NCBI GenBank assembly: GCA_013265495.1
Contig: MU060970.1
Location: 10,369,063-10,433,062 of the forward strand
Origin: Vicugna vicugna
Taxonomy: Eukaryota
DNA length: 64,000 bases
Reading direction: 5' to 3'
The notes under the pieces are model-generated. The model was not told where the DNA came from. It saw nothing but the letters and a program-made list of their open reading frames with translations, and did no database searches. The position numbers were made by a program, and so were the translations under genes. Below are positions 1 through 11,720 of this stretch, one piece after another; positions within the stretch are counted from its first letter, which is position 1; each line of letters starts with the position of its first letter.

Positions 1-372
1 ACAGCCAAGGAGTAGGAACTGAGGACGGAAAGGTGCAGCTGGTCATGGAGAAGGAAGGGGATGACAAGGACAATGATCATAAAAAAAAGAGGATGAAAAT
101 GAGGGTAAAAGAAAAGCAGAAAAGATAAAGAGGCAGAGATGGGGTGGAAATGGCAGAGTGACAGGTACAGAGGTCTGGCAGACAGGCAGCCTCCCCAGAG
201 CCCTCCGAGTGGCCGTGGCTGCCAGGCCCCAGGTCCAGCCCCTGCGGGTGGACTGGCTCCAGAGCAGCCCGAGGCCGCTCTGGGCATGAGGGTGGCAGTG
301 TTGACAGGAGTCTCTATAAAGAGTTCAGGGTGTAGTGAGGCGAAGCCAGTCAAATGGGGTCTCCAGACTCAC

Positions 373-506
373 TGTGGAGCTGAGTGGGGGTACCCCCCTG
401 TCTCGAGCACAGATGGTCAGGTTGTAGAAAGAAATGGTCTCCCGGTCCAGCTCCACATCCTTCCGGACTCGCAGCACCCCCTCCACGGGAGAGATCACAA
501 ACTCCC
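373..506 (-). CDS. CDH23: CDH23 exon 42 equivalent, GEFVISPVEGVLRVRKDVELDRETISFYNLTICARDRGVPPLSST, 134 nt
   Basis: acccag|GGGAGT...TCCACA|gtgagt; DRE motif; not recovered by the ORF track. Confidence 0.96.
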
Positions 507-1149
507 CTGGGTGCCGCCCAGGAGAGGCCAGAGTTAGTAGAGAACGGCCACGAGTCAGGCTGCTTCTAAAAAGTCCTACTTGCCAGGGTCAGGGGACAGC
601 CAGGGCATGGGCCCTCCAGTGTCCCCAGCTTCAGATCCTCACGAGACCCGCCAAGGGCTGAGAGGTGCAGGAGGTAGAGGGGCAGATACTACTAAGGGTG
701 CAAGCAGGCAGGGACCTGCTCATGCCCTGAGGTGCATGAGATGCCAGGCCATTTTCCTTCCCTGGGCCCTGAGCAGGCCAGGGACCCACCCTGCGTAAGA
801 AGGTTTTGTTGAAAAGTGGGGCTTCCCTTTCCACACAAGCACCCTCTTTCTTACTATTATTGATCAGAAATCAATTAATGAAGGCGTTGGAAACTTCATA
901 ATGTGTGATCCTTCCCAGATACCATGCCCTGTAAACAGGATGTTGGGGAAGGGCAAAGTTTACCCCAAAGGAATACAACACTAATGGTGAGGCACTGGGG
1001 CAGGGATAAAGTTGGGATGGGGGTGGGGGACGGGGAAGCCCCCAAGTACCTTCCGTTCAGCCCTGATACTGAGCCAGCTGGAGTGCAGCCAGGGTGCTCC
1101 CAGGCCTGTGGCCTCCCTTGGCCCCTAGTTGGCCATGATTTCCTTTCTT

Positions 1150-1497
1150 TTTTTTTTAATTGAAGTATAGTCAGTTTATAATAATGTGTTACTTTCTGGT
1201 GTATAGCATAGTGATTCAGTTATACATACACACACATACATGTATACATGTATATATTCCTTTCCATATTTTTTACAGGCTATTACAAGGTATTGAATAC
1301 AGTTCTCTGTGCTATACAGTAGGAGCTTGCTTCTATTTTACATGCAGTAGCTACTGTCTGCAAATCTCAAGCTCCCAATTTATCCCTCTACCCTACCCTT
1401 TCTCCCCCGATAACTATAAGTATGTTTTCTATGTCTGTGAGTCTGTCTGTTTTGCAAATAAGTTCATTTGTGTATTTTTTTTTTTAAGATTCCACAT
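1150..1497 (-). mobile_element. 5'-truncated LINE-1 3' end with poly(A) tail and target-site duplication
   Basis: Plus strand shows poly(T) then attgaagtatagtcagtttat...ttaagattccacat, typical of an L1 3' UTR reverse complement; 14-bp TSD with 1 mismatch at 1136-1149 and 1508-1521. Confidence 0.85.
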
Positions 1498-1694
1498 GAA
1501 AGGGATTTGATTCCCTTTCTTCGAGGTTTCTGAGGACCCTCAGCTGGACCCCTGGCTTCAATCCTTATCTTGGCCTGGCTGAGGGATCAGACGTCTAAGA
1601 GTGCCTAGAGCAAGAGCCTCAGATTTGCAGTCTCTGCACTGGCAGGGACCTCAGAGATCGGCCGGTGTCCTCTGGAAAATTGAATGGCAAAGAA

Positions 1695-1790
1695 GGGTGA
1701 TGACTTGTTTGAGCCCCCACAGCAAGTTAATGACAGAACCTGGACTTGAACCCAGGGCTCTGCATCTCAGCCCACTGCAGCCATGGGACT
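1695..1790 (-). mobile_element. MIR fragment
   Basis: gacttg...cacagcaagttaatgacagaacctggacttgaacccagg resembles the reverse-strand MIR core; boundaries approximate. Confidence 0.6.
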
Positions 1791-2654
1791 CACCACTCAG
1801 AGCTGACTAGGGCTGGAGGGGTGGGAGGGAAGGGGCTGGAGGGGAAGAGCAGAGAGGCAGGAAGCCAGGAAGGTTAGCAGAGGCCCAGCTGGATGGAAGC
1901 GCTCAAGGGGCCAAGGCAAGTGAGGGCGGATGAGCGAGGGAGGTGGGGAGAAGGTGAGGAAGAGGGGGTCATCTCTGTGCACTCTCCCAGGAACTGGAAA
2001 CAGGGAGAAAGTTAGTTCCTTCACTGGCCCTTTTGACAGCTGGGGGAAGAGGCTCCGAGTAGGGCACTGACTTGCTCACAGACACACAGCACACAAGGGC
2101 GCGGCAAGGACAGAGGCCCAAGCTACCCAACAGTTTTCTCTGCCTGATTCTTCACATCCTCCCCAAGTCTCTGCTCCCAACTCCTACTGCTCTGATTTAC
2201 CAAAACTGCCTTTTCTTGGCCCACCTGCAGCTGGGATTTCCCACTAGCCCTTCTGCTCCCAGCAGCCCTATGGCTACATCCAGCTGAGAGAGGCGGAAGC
2301 TGCTTGAAACTGGATTTCCTGATACTCCAAGGTCTCCAAAGAACTGGGGATTCCCTTTCTAGGGGTTTCCCAGCCCTGTGTGAGCTCCTGGCCATAAGCA
2401 AGCAGATGGTCTGATGCCTTCTCTCCAAAGCCAGCCACCCTCTTGAAGGAAAGGAAGAGGTTCTGAAGGCTCAGGGAAGCAAGCCTGAGGGACTGGGGGC
2501 TAGAGTCCCATGAGGTGAGCTCAGTGGGGGAAGTGGGCAGGTCAAAGGCCCCCACACTACAAATTACCCCCCTCAGCAGCTGGGGCCGGAACGCCCCCTG
2601 CCCCACTCCACTCCTTCTGGAGATTGGGGATAAAAGCATCTAATCAGAACCAGG

Positions 2655-2765
2655 TATGCATCCTGATTTCACTCCTATACACCCTTGGGCATGTGACTGA
2701 TTTTCACCTTGATGTTCTAATCGGAAAAATGGGCTAATAAAGAGGTATCATCACAGGGCTGTGCT
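2655..2765 (+). mobile_element. Degenerate MIR fragment
   Basis: cttgggcatgtgact...aaaaatgggctaataaagaggtatcatcacagggctg; approximate. Confidence 0.5.
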
Positions 2766-3759
2766 GGTGCTGGCCCAGTTCACCTTGTGTGTGTTGGACC
2801 CACGACAGCTCTTGGCATCATCAGGGAGATCCTGAAAGTGAGCCCAGGCAGCCCTCCAAAGGAGCTGGGGGCTTTCAAGGAGGATGTGGATGTAAGAAAA
2901 GGGTCCAAGGAGCGCTCCAGACCAGAAGGGGCAGTTGGAGGTTCTGAGAAGATGGGCTGGTGGGAGAGGTGCGAGTGATAATGGCCTTCTCTCCCAACTG
3001 TTCTTTGCGTGTCTCCTCACAGCTTAGTGGGGCTTGTGAGAGCCGTCAGCCCTGACGTCTCCCCACCAACAGAAGCCCCCTCCAGGTTCAGGCTGCAGTG
3101 GTGGAAAGGTGGCCTTGAAGCCAGGCGACCTGGAGCACATCCCTTCACTGAACCGGCTCTCCACGTAATTTATAGTGTTTGCCAATTTTTTCAAGTTACC
3201 GACATGGTGTCAGTGAACCCGGGATCGAGAAGAGAGGTGAGGAGTGGGTGTTGTGACCCGTACAAGCTGCTGCAGCACACCGCTAGGTCATCCACCCCAC
3301 CCCACCCAGCCTTTGCTCTCTCTTCTGGAATGTGGGGAGTGCTCAGTGAGCCCCAAGTTATCTTTGGACTCTGAATGTCTACTCTTCCTTCCCAGAGGGG
3401 AGGGAGCCCCAGGCCACGTGTGAGCCCTGCACCCTAGAGCCGGATACAGAGAGGGCTCCTTTCTGGGAGGGGGGCCAGCTGCCCACCCAGCACCCACCTG
3501 TCAAGCAGGCCTTGGCATCCTCCCAAACAGGAGCAGGACTCCTGTGAAATGCCGCAACTGCTGTGCGTGCATGGCAGCAGCAGACGAGAAAGGCCCATGC
3601 TCTGCTGGTTTCAGAGCAGAAAGGCACAGTGCTTGGCCAGACAGAGGACTTTGGGGGCACAAAAGGGTAGCATGTCAGAACAGAGTGAGCCACCACAAGT
3701 TCTGAACAGCAGGGGCTCCAAGTCTGGCCCTACAAAAAGAGTTTGTTTTTTAGCATCTT

Positions 3760-4872
3760 AAATGCAAATTCACCCCAGGTTCTATGTTCTATCCTTGGAC
3801 TTCTCTGTCTCCTGCCTCAGTATACTTCTTCCATCTTGTGCCTTTAAATATCTCTAGGATGACTACTCCCAAATACCTCTCCTCAGTGCAGATTTTTCTC
3901 CTGAACTTCTGGCTTGAACATCCAAGCCCATTCTGACATCTCAAACCCAACCTCATCCTTCCCCCTACTTTTCCTGCTCCTGCCGCTGTCTTCCCATCGT
4001 CGGCTAACAGCAATGCTGCCTCCCTAGTTGCTCAGGCCAAAAATCTTGGTGCTATCCTTCGACTTTTGTTCACATCCCACATCTGATCAGTCAGTGTATC
4101 CTCTTGGCTCTGTCTTTGAAATAGATCAGAGCTCTCACCACCTCCAGTGCCACCTCCCTGGTCCCAGCTACATCACCTCTAGCCCAAGTGTCTGCCATGA
4201 ACTCCTACCTGGTTTCCTTGCTCACATTCCTGAACCTCTATGGTCTGTTCCAAACTCAGGGACTGGAGTGGCCCTGTTGAAATCTAAGTCAGATTACATC
4301 CCTCCTCTGCTCAAAGCCCTCCTACTGTTCCCACATCACTTGGAGGAAAAGCCAAGTCCTCACAGTGGCCTGCAAAGCCCGACAACATCTGGGCCTGCTC
4401 CCTCTCTGATCTGACCTCTTCCTACGCTCCCCCTCATTTGGCTTCATGCCAGGCACAGGGCTTTTGGCTCCTCTGTGAACATGCCAGGCACATTGCGACC
4501 TCAGGGCCTTTGCATTTGCCACTCCCACTATCTGTCATACTCCTCCCTGGATGTCCACATGACCCACTCCTCACCTCCTTCAGGTCTTTGCTCAAATGTC
4601 ACCTCCGTGCACAGATCTTCCTTGAGTACTTTCTAAAATTGAGCCGTCACCCTGGCACTCTCCATCTCCTGGCTTTACATTTCTCTGTAGCACTCAGCAC
4701 CTCCCAACAGACTAAGTTGTCTACTTAATCAGTTATGCTCATTGCCTGTGTCTTCCAACTGGAACATATGTTCTCTAAGGGCAGGGATTGGTGTCTGTTT
4801 TGTACCATTCTGTATCCTCAGCATCTGGAATATGATCAGCAAATATGCTCAATAAATGTTTTTTGAGTGATC
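3760..4872 (+). mobile_element. LINE-2 3' portion (about 1.1 kb)
   Basis: aaatctaagtcagattacatccctcctctgctcaaagccct, cagggcctttgcatttgcc, terminal atgctcaataaatgttttttgagtga. Confidence 0.85.
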
Positions 4873-5596
4873 AATTAAAAATCAAATGCTTCACAAAGAT
4901 TTGGATTTCCAGCTTTTCTCTAAACAATGGGAAGGCCTCCCCCATGGGCCTGCATTTCAACCTGACCGCAGTTGGCAGGAGTGAAGCTGCAGCTGCCACA
5001 GCCCCCACTGCTCCCTACTGTCTTGCCCAGACCTTTTCTCCCATGTATGCTCCCTGCCTGGCCCCAGTAGGCCTTGAGTTTGGGATTCCTACTGGACAGA
5101 AATAAGTAAAAACTGTCTTGAGAAATCTCTCTGGCCAATCAAACCCCTCTCTTCAACTGAGGCGAACAGCCAAGGTAGCTGTGAAGGCTACTAAGGGTTG
5201 ACAATGAGATGTGCAGAGAAATCCGGGTGCTCCCTGAATGTGCGTATTTGGGGGGTCCTGAAGGTCTGGGCCAAGGATGCTCATCCCTTCTCTTCTCCAG
5301 AGCCTACTTTCTGGATATGACATAGGGGCACTTTTCTATCAGGTTCTCAAAGGGGTCTGTGACCTTCCAAGGCTACCAGCCTCTGATCCCAGATTTCAGG
5401 GTTCTCACTATATTCCTGGGGGAAGATTATTCCCATCATATTACAGGCAGGGAGACTGGGGCCCAGAGAAGGCAAGATCACACAATGGTGGGGCTAACCG
5501 CCTCGAGACCTCCTTTCTCATCCTGTTCCGGAGCCAGGCTGGGGAGAGGCCCTCTGGATCATGCCACCCCTATCACCCAGCTCAGGCCCCACTCAC

Positions 5597-5777
5597 CCAG
5601 AGGGTCTCCATCCACGATGCTGTACTCCACCTGTCCATTAGGACCCGAGTCCCGGTCATGGGCCAGGAAGGTCCACACTCTGGGTCCTGGTTGGCCCTCG
5701 GTGACATCAAATGGCCCCTCGTAGTCTCGGGGGAAGGTGGGCATGTTGTCGTTGATGTCATTCACATTCACAAGCAC
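5597..5777 (-). CDS. CDH23: CDH23 exon 41 equivalent, VLVNVNDINDNMPTFPRDYEGPFDVTEGQPG...DRDSGPNGQVEYSIVDGDPL(G), 181 nt
   Basis: ccccag|GTGCTT...CTCTGG|gtgagt; within ORF 5559..5810. Confidence 0.97.
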
Positions 5778-5979
5778 CTGGGGATGATGAGCAAGTTTGG
5801 CCAGAGCCACCCCCAGTCAGCCCTGCTCATCTGTAAACTGGACCGGATAATTCTGCCTCATGGGTCGATGCGAGAATCACATTGGATAATAGATGCAGGA
5901 GGGCTTTTTAAGCTATGCATGTGCGTAAGTCACTGTTATTGTCAAAGCCTCTTTATGGGCATAATAATATGGGCATAAA

Positions 5980-6190
5980 ATTATTAATAATAATGCTAAG
6001 AGCTTCTACTTATTGTTGTACTGGGGTCATTTTACCTGGTGTCACTTGGTCTTCCAACATTGTGAAACAGTTTTTATTCTCCCCCTTTTACTCAGGGAGG
6101 TTAAGTTACTAGCCCAGAGCCACACAGGTAGGAAACAGAAGATCAAGGATGTGAACCCCTGTTGGTTTGACTAGAGTCTGTGCTCTTCCC
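5980..6190 (-). mobile_element. MIR
   Basis: ttattctcccccttttactcagggaggttaagttactagcccagagccacacag. Confidence 0.7.
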
Positions 6191-6424
6191 ACAAAGTGGG
6201 GGAAGACAGGTGTCATTATCTAGCTGATGGTTGCAGCCACACAGAGAGGTTCAGTAACCTCCTCAAAGTCACAAAGCAAGTTTGGGTGAGTTGTGGAGAC
6301 CAGAACAGGGCTTTTGGATTGAGATGTTTCTCCTGGATAATCTTTCTCTACAATACTTCCCCACTGAACTTTCTGTGACCTGTCCTGCCCCAACCCCAAA
6401 TTGGGGCTGTGCCCCACCACTCAC

Positions 6425-6544
6425 CGTGGTGGTAGAGGTGAGGCGGTGGGACAAGATGGGGCACTGGTCTGTGGCGGTGACAGTCAGGGTGTAGTGCCCG
6501 TGGCTGATCTCGTAGTCCAGCTCCTTGGCAGCACGGATGACGCC
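6425..6544 (-). CDS. CDH23: CDH23 exon 40 equivalent, GVIRAAKELDYEISHGHYTLTVTATDQCPILSHRLTSTTT, 120 nt
   Basis: ccacag|GGCGTC...ACCACG|gtgagt; DYE motif. Confidence 0.96.
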
Positions 6545-6858
6545 CTGTGGGATACGGAGAGGGACAAGGGTGGATCAGTGGGTGGTGGGTCTGGGCCACC
6601 CTAGGGACTAGCTCCTTCATGAGGTACCCTCTGACCACCCCAGGAGGTACGCCCTGACATCCTGGCCATGATAGGGAATGCTGCTGTCCTCTAAACCAGG
6701 CCCCACCCATGCTTTTCATACTCCTGCATGCGCTGCCCCGTTGGTTTCCTCCCAGACTCCATCTTTGCTCTGTCCTCAACCCCATGATGTCACTGAGCTC
6801 CCCTCTAATCCCTTTAGCCAGCTGATCCTCCTCCTGGACCCTGCTACCAGCTGCTGAC

Positions 6859-7080
6859 CGTGTGCCTGTTGATATGAAAGGTGTCGATGATGTTGCCTGC
6901 AACGATGGTGTAAGTAACGGTGCCATTGGGCCCCTCATCCAGGTCTAGCGCCTGGATGGTGACCAGGCTGGCGTTGATTGTGTCTGGGCCCTCATCCAGT
7001 AAGATCTCGTAGTGGGGCTGCTGGAATACAGGTGTGTTATCATTCTCGTCCATGATGGTCACGTACACGTAGGTGGTAGC
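6859..7080 (-). CDS. CDH23: CDH23 exon 39 equivalent, ATTYVYVTIMDENDNTPVFQQPHYEILLDEG...DTFHINRHT, 222 nt
   Basis: ccacag|GCTACC...CACACG|gtcagc; overlaps ORF 6844..7068. Confidence 0.97.
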
Positions 7081-7869
7081 CTGTGGAAAAGAGTAAGGTC
7101 AGGTTCTGTGGTCAGCTGGCTGGAGGATTTGAGGTGGACCCAGCTGGATGTTCTCCTAGGCTGAACTTACTCAGTGGGATTCAATAGAGTGAGGGAAAGG
7201 GAGAAGGATGAGAGTGAGGGAAGTCCCAGGCTGATAGAGGAAGAAATCACAGAGGCTCCACCGAAAGCCAAGCTAGGTAACTGCTTTAGGTCCAAGTTAG
7301 CACTTGCACCACCACCCTTCTGTCCATGCCCATGGCAGACATCACTAATCAATCATGGCACTGCTGGGGCCAGATGCAATCCCAGGATTCCTGTCAGCAT
7401 GCTGATCTAGTGATTAAAATTGGTATATGAGATGAACCCCAGTAACTACCTCCAGCCCATAGCTTTGACTGGGCCTGGGTCTTCCTGACACTGGGCCTCC
7501 TTCTAGATCACAAAAGGCAAGAATGTGATGTACTCAGTCTACGCATTCAAGCTTTACCCATTATTCATGTAAGTGAAAGAAATACCCATTTTCAGCATTT
7601 TTGAGAGGAACAACACTGGGTTTGAGGCAATTACATGGGCATAATTTGTTGAACTGTGAAAAGTAAAGCTCTCAGCACATGACTTCACTGCAAGAACAGT
7701 TTGTGCACCATGTTCTCCTGTCAGTGGCCATTTTTGGCTGATTTGGTCCAATCAGACCACAGGTAAAACTTAGCCAATCGGAACTCAGCAAGTAGCACTC
7801 AAGAACCACTGAGAAATGGTTGATGTGGCACTTCAAAAGCAGAGTAGATAAATGGAAGAAGGAAATTAG

Positions 7870-8311
7870 CCATGTGCTGGCATTCTCTGTCCCCCTGCTG
7901 CCCTCCTCCCTTCTCTGCTTCTGTGCCTGGGAGGATATCCCCTGTGGACTGCCTCACCTAGGCTCCCTTGACATCTGGCTTTCAGACGGTTTGGCCAATG
8001 GAAGGTCCCAGCAGAAGACAGGAGAGGAGGGTACTTCACTCATACTCCCTCCTTTCCTCTCTGCAGTTCTGCCAGCAGCTGTGTTTCCTGTGCTGCGTGG
8101 CCCCTCTTTCAGGGTCTAGCCCTCAACGGGCTCCAGGTGCCTCACCTCCTCTTCTTGTCCTTCTGCACCCCTGGGCGGGTAATGGCTTCCTGTGGTTGTT
8201 GATCTACGGGTGCCTCACTAGCTCTCTGTAAATGATCTCCCATTAAACTCTCTTCAGCTGAACCCTTTCTGAGTGTGCCATCTGTTTCCTGTCAGGACCT
8301 TGACTCATACA
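7870..8311 (+). mobile_element. ERVL-class solo LTR (LTR16/LTR33-like); 5' boundary uncertain
   Basis: 3' end attaaactctcttcag...gagtgtgccatctgtttcctgtcaggaccttgactcataca resembles ERVL LTR termini. Confidence 0.65.
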
Positions 8312-10384
8312 AACTATAATTAGTGACTAATATAAAATAATAAGGTTACAACAACTGCGAAGACGTCTGGGTAGAGAGAATGTGACCAGGCCATTGCCAA
8401 GGGCAGGGAACAGAAAGCAGGTAGTGCAAAAAGCTGGATGTAGACAAATTGTGTGCACCTTTTGCTTGGCACTGGCTGGCTCTGGAACCACCTGTGGGAG
8501 GATGGACAGAAGGACAGGAGACCTAACTGCAGAAGACTGTCACTGCCCCTGTGGAGGCCATGAGTCCCCGGAGCTGCAGCTCTGGTTGGGGGGGCGGGCA
8601 TGCTAGGTAGTTGTTGGAACTGTTTCCAAAGCTGGTAGGGTTGGCAGCCTTGAGTTGAGGCTCTGTGACCTTGGTCATGTCACATCTCTTCTCTGGACTT
8701 TGTTAATAAAGGACCTGACTTGTTCTTTAACATCCTTTCTGGCTCAGGCATCCCGAGGTTCTGGTCTGTTATCATTAGTCTAAATCTCTTCAATAGGAAG
8801 CTATTCCTTTGGGTCTTAGAGTCTCAACGAATATTTATGACAATAAGCACACAGAGTGGGAAAATGTATTATTTTAACATTTCTCAGACTTCCCCACTGG
8901 AGTGGAGCAGGAACTTGCACTGAGTTGGGGAAAAGCCTGAAGTGTTTGTCTCAAGAATGTAAGATCTTTGAGACCTCTCATTATCTTTGAAAGCTCAGAT
9001 AAATTCCACAGTCTTCTCTATAACGTGTTTGTATTGGTTTTCATTAAAAACAGTGGTGGGGTCTCCAAATATCTGAGTACAGATGACTGTCAAGGAAGGC
9101 CACTGTGTGCATCTTGTGGCTCTTCATGGTCCTGGATGCAGCTAAGAGCACTCACTACGGAGGAGGAGCTCAGCATGGCGTCCTCCTGAGCCCCCTTCTG
9201 CCAGTAAGAGCACACGAGCACCGCCCTACAGGAAGGAGGCCAGATTCCAGACCCGCTGACATGGTGGGGGTGCTGACATTTCCCACTTCCCTAGACTCCT
9301 GGAAGTGGTTCTCACCATCGTGCAGGCTGCGGGGGCTGAGAGGGGTGGGGGGAAGGGCTCTAATAGAGCCCCCTGTCTCCAAGACCAGGCCTAGCTTGGG
9401 AGGCAAAGGTGGGTCTGACTTCCCCTGCCCTCTGGAGTGAGGAGGAAGTCAGCACCCCAAAGGCCCTCTCAGTCAAGCCCTTCCTGCCCTGGCACTGAAG
9501 AAAGAGTTCTTGAGGTTTCTGGACCATGCCCACACCTTGGGCAATGCCTCTGTGTCTCACCCTGATGCGAACTCAGGAGGCTGAGTTGGGGACAATGTGG
9601 TGGGGAGGGGAGGGAGACTGAGCCCAGGTCAGGTGTTCTCGCCCTCTGGGGAAGGGGGCGGTGAGGCAGTTGCTCCCCTCCCCTTATCCAAGGCTTTCTG
9701 CACTTACCTTCTAGGCCCTGGGGCAGAGAGTCTGGTTTCAAGGGTGGCCTGGGCAAGGCCAGGCAGGGGTGGGGAGAGGGAAGGCAGGTGCTCCAGAGTC
9801 TCACTCTTCAGTGACCCCTCCTCACCGCTGCCAGAGGATGGCCAAGGTGGGGAAAGGGCCCAGCACCCACCTGGTTTCAGTTGGCTTTGTAGCTTCCCTG
9901 GGTGGAAGAACTCATACTCTGCCAGCAGCAAGGGCCCTGGGCTGTCTCCCAAAGTGGTGCCATAATCATGATCAAGGACCTGGGTTATGTCCTGGAAATC
10001 TCTAGGGCAGCCCTCCCAGGGGGCTCCGTGGCTCCAGAAGGCCTGGGCCTGTGCAAGTTCACGTAGTAATAGCATGATGCCCACTCTTCCTCTGTGGCCC
10101 AGGAATGAGAGCTGGGAACTCTCAGAGAGCCTCGGACTTAGAGCAGCCCACCTACGGGTCACCCAGAATTCCTGGCTCCCCTGAGTCTTACCGCCTTGAT
10201 TCCTGACCTACATGGACTCTGGCTGTCCTCTGTCCTTCAGCCTGGGTGACGCCTGTGAGCTCAAGATCTCTAACAGGCCAGCAAAGCCCTTGGAAGCTTT
10301 ACCCAGGCTGGGGTAAACTAGGTACAGTTGTAGTGCCCTCCCTCTCCCCTGACCCCTGGCACTATCCACTGTCACCTACACTTC

Positions 10385-10860
10385 TATTTGGGAGATCACT
10401 TACTCACTTATTCATCAATTTGTCTATTCAGATAAGAGTGTATTAAACATCTTCCCTATGTCCAGTTTTGTGCCAGGGACTCAGAAACATCAGGGAGAGG
10501 CCCTAGTCCCCAAAAGCTCATAGTCCAGCTCAGGAAGGCAGATAAACCCAGGTGGAGATCAGCTGGTTGGAAACCTCAGGCTTGGTGTGATAATCAAAAG
10601 GGCTGCGGACTGGAGGAGGACCCTCAGGGGAATTTCAGGGTACTTTGTGAAGAAGGACTTCACTTAAGCCCTAGGGGATGAGAAGAACTGGGAGGAGAGG
10701 AGAGAGACATTACCAGTGGTGCCAGTGCTGGGGGGAGTGCAAGAGCAGAGGACCAGAGGTGGGGGCTGTGAGAGAGTCCTGCAGACATCTACGTGCAGGA
10801 AGTGAGAGAGACTGCAAGGCAGGAGGTGAAGCTATGGCCTGGGTGAGAGGAGCCCTGATT
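10385..10860 (-). mobile_element. LINE-2 3' fragment
   Basis: ttattcatcaatttg...tattaaacatcttccctatgtccagttttgtgccaggg; approximate. Confidence 0.6.
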
Positions 10861-11070
10861 TTCCATGAGACACACTATCTGAAGATGCACGTGCACATGC
10901 ACAGATACACACGTGTGTGTGTCCCAGTGTAGAGATGTGCCAAGCCTGCTGTGTACTCCTGCACCTGTGCCGAATCTGAGAATGTGTGCATGTGCATGGG
11001 GGTGTTGCGGGCTCTGGAAGCTACAGTCAAGCCTGCTCTAACTCAGCTAGCTCTTTACAAAAGTCAGATT

Positions 11071-11126
11071 TCATTCATCCATTCATTCATCCATCCATCC
11101 ATCTGTTTATCCATCCATCCATTCAT
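11071..11126. repeat. (CATC/CATT)n tetranucleotide repeat
   Basis: ttcattcatccattcattcatccatccatccatctgtttatccatccatccattcatt. Confidence 0.85.
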
Positions 11127-11359
11127 TCCTCTACTGGGTGGGAGAATGCTGGGTACAAGCCCCTGCTGGTGGGTGAGGGCTGATAGAATCTATGATGACT
11201 TTTTATCATGCTAAATTAGACACAGATATACTTCTCAGGCTTTGCAACAATATGACTCCTCTGCAAACAGGAATGGAAGAGAATAGAAAAGGCTTTAAAC
11301 TGGCAATAAAGTGGCGTTGACTCTCTGGGACACTGCCTGGCTCCCCGATCTACAGGGCC

Positions 11360-11720
11360 AGCCCAGTGTGAGTCAGCAGGAAGCCCCTCCCACGGGGCCC
11401 TTGGGGAGCCAGTCCCCTCCATGGCCGCTCGGGGGCGCTGTGGGAACCCCGGAGCGGGCCGCTCTCCGGCCGCCCGCTGCGCTCACTCGCTCGACACTCA
11501 CTTGTTTGGAGGTTTCCCCGCCAGCCGCGTCCCGTCCTCTCCCTGCGAACCAGGAGTGCCTCCTGCGCACCCCGGGGCCCCCGCTCAGGCCCGGCTGTCC
11601 TAGACGACCCTCTGCCCGACGGCGACATGGGCGTCCCCCAAGTCCCGGAGGCTGGCAGCCGGCACTGGGGGCCTGTGCTCCTTGCCTTCTTCCTGGCTGC
11701 CTCCCGAGGTAAGGTTGGTG
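11360..11720 (+). promoter_or_regulatory. VSIR CpG-rich promoter, 5' UTR and exon 1
   Basis: Sharp local rise in CpG density (ccggccgcccgctgcgctcactcgctcg) in otherwise CpG-poor DNA, directly upstream of the ATG; no TATA box seen; AP-1/ARE plus ETS motifs at 11369-11384. Confidence 0.85.
11627..11708 (+). CDS. VSIR: VSIR exon 1 coding part (signal peptide MGVPQVPEAGSRHWGPVLLAFFLAASR(G))
   Basis: Strong Kozak gacATGG; donor CGAG|gtaagg. Confidence 0.97.

Noticed and set aside
1-140. Purine-rich low-complexity stretch
   Set aside because: Ordinary intronic low-complexity sequence; the next CDH23 exon lies outside the window, so its role cannot be assessed.
1236-1253. 18-bp perfect palindrome atacatgtatacatgtat
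   Set aside because: Lies in the TA/CA-slippage segment of the L1 3' UTR; expected from microsatellite-like expansion.
1810-1844. G-quadruplex-capable G-run cluster (others near 1008-1034 and 9600-9612)
   Set aside because: Such motifs are frequent in this GC-rich isochore and are not tied to a feature here.
5277-5978. 233-aa plus-strand ORF
   Set aside because: Antisense shadow of CDH23 exon 41 extended into intron; no independent coding signature.
6348-6938. 196-aa minus-strand ORF
   Set aside because: Off-frame read across exon 40 and flanking introns; the true cadherin frame differs.
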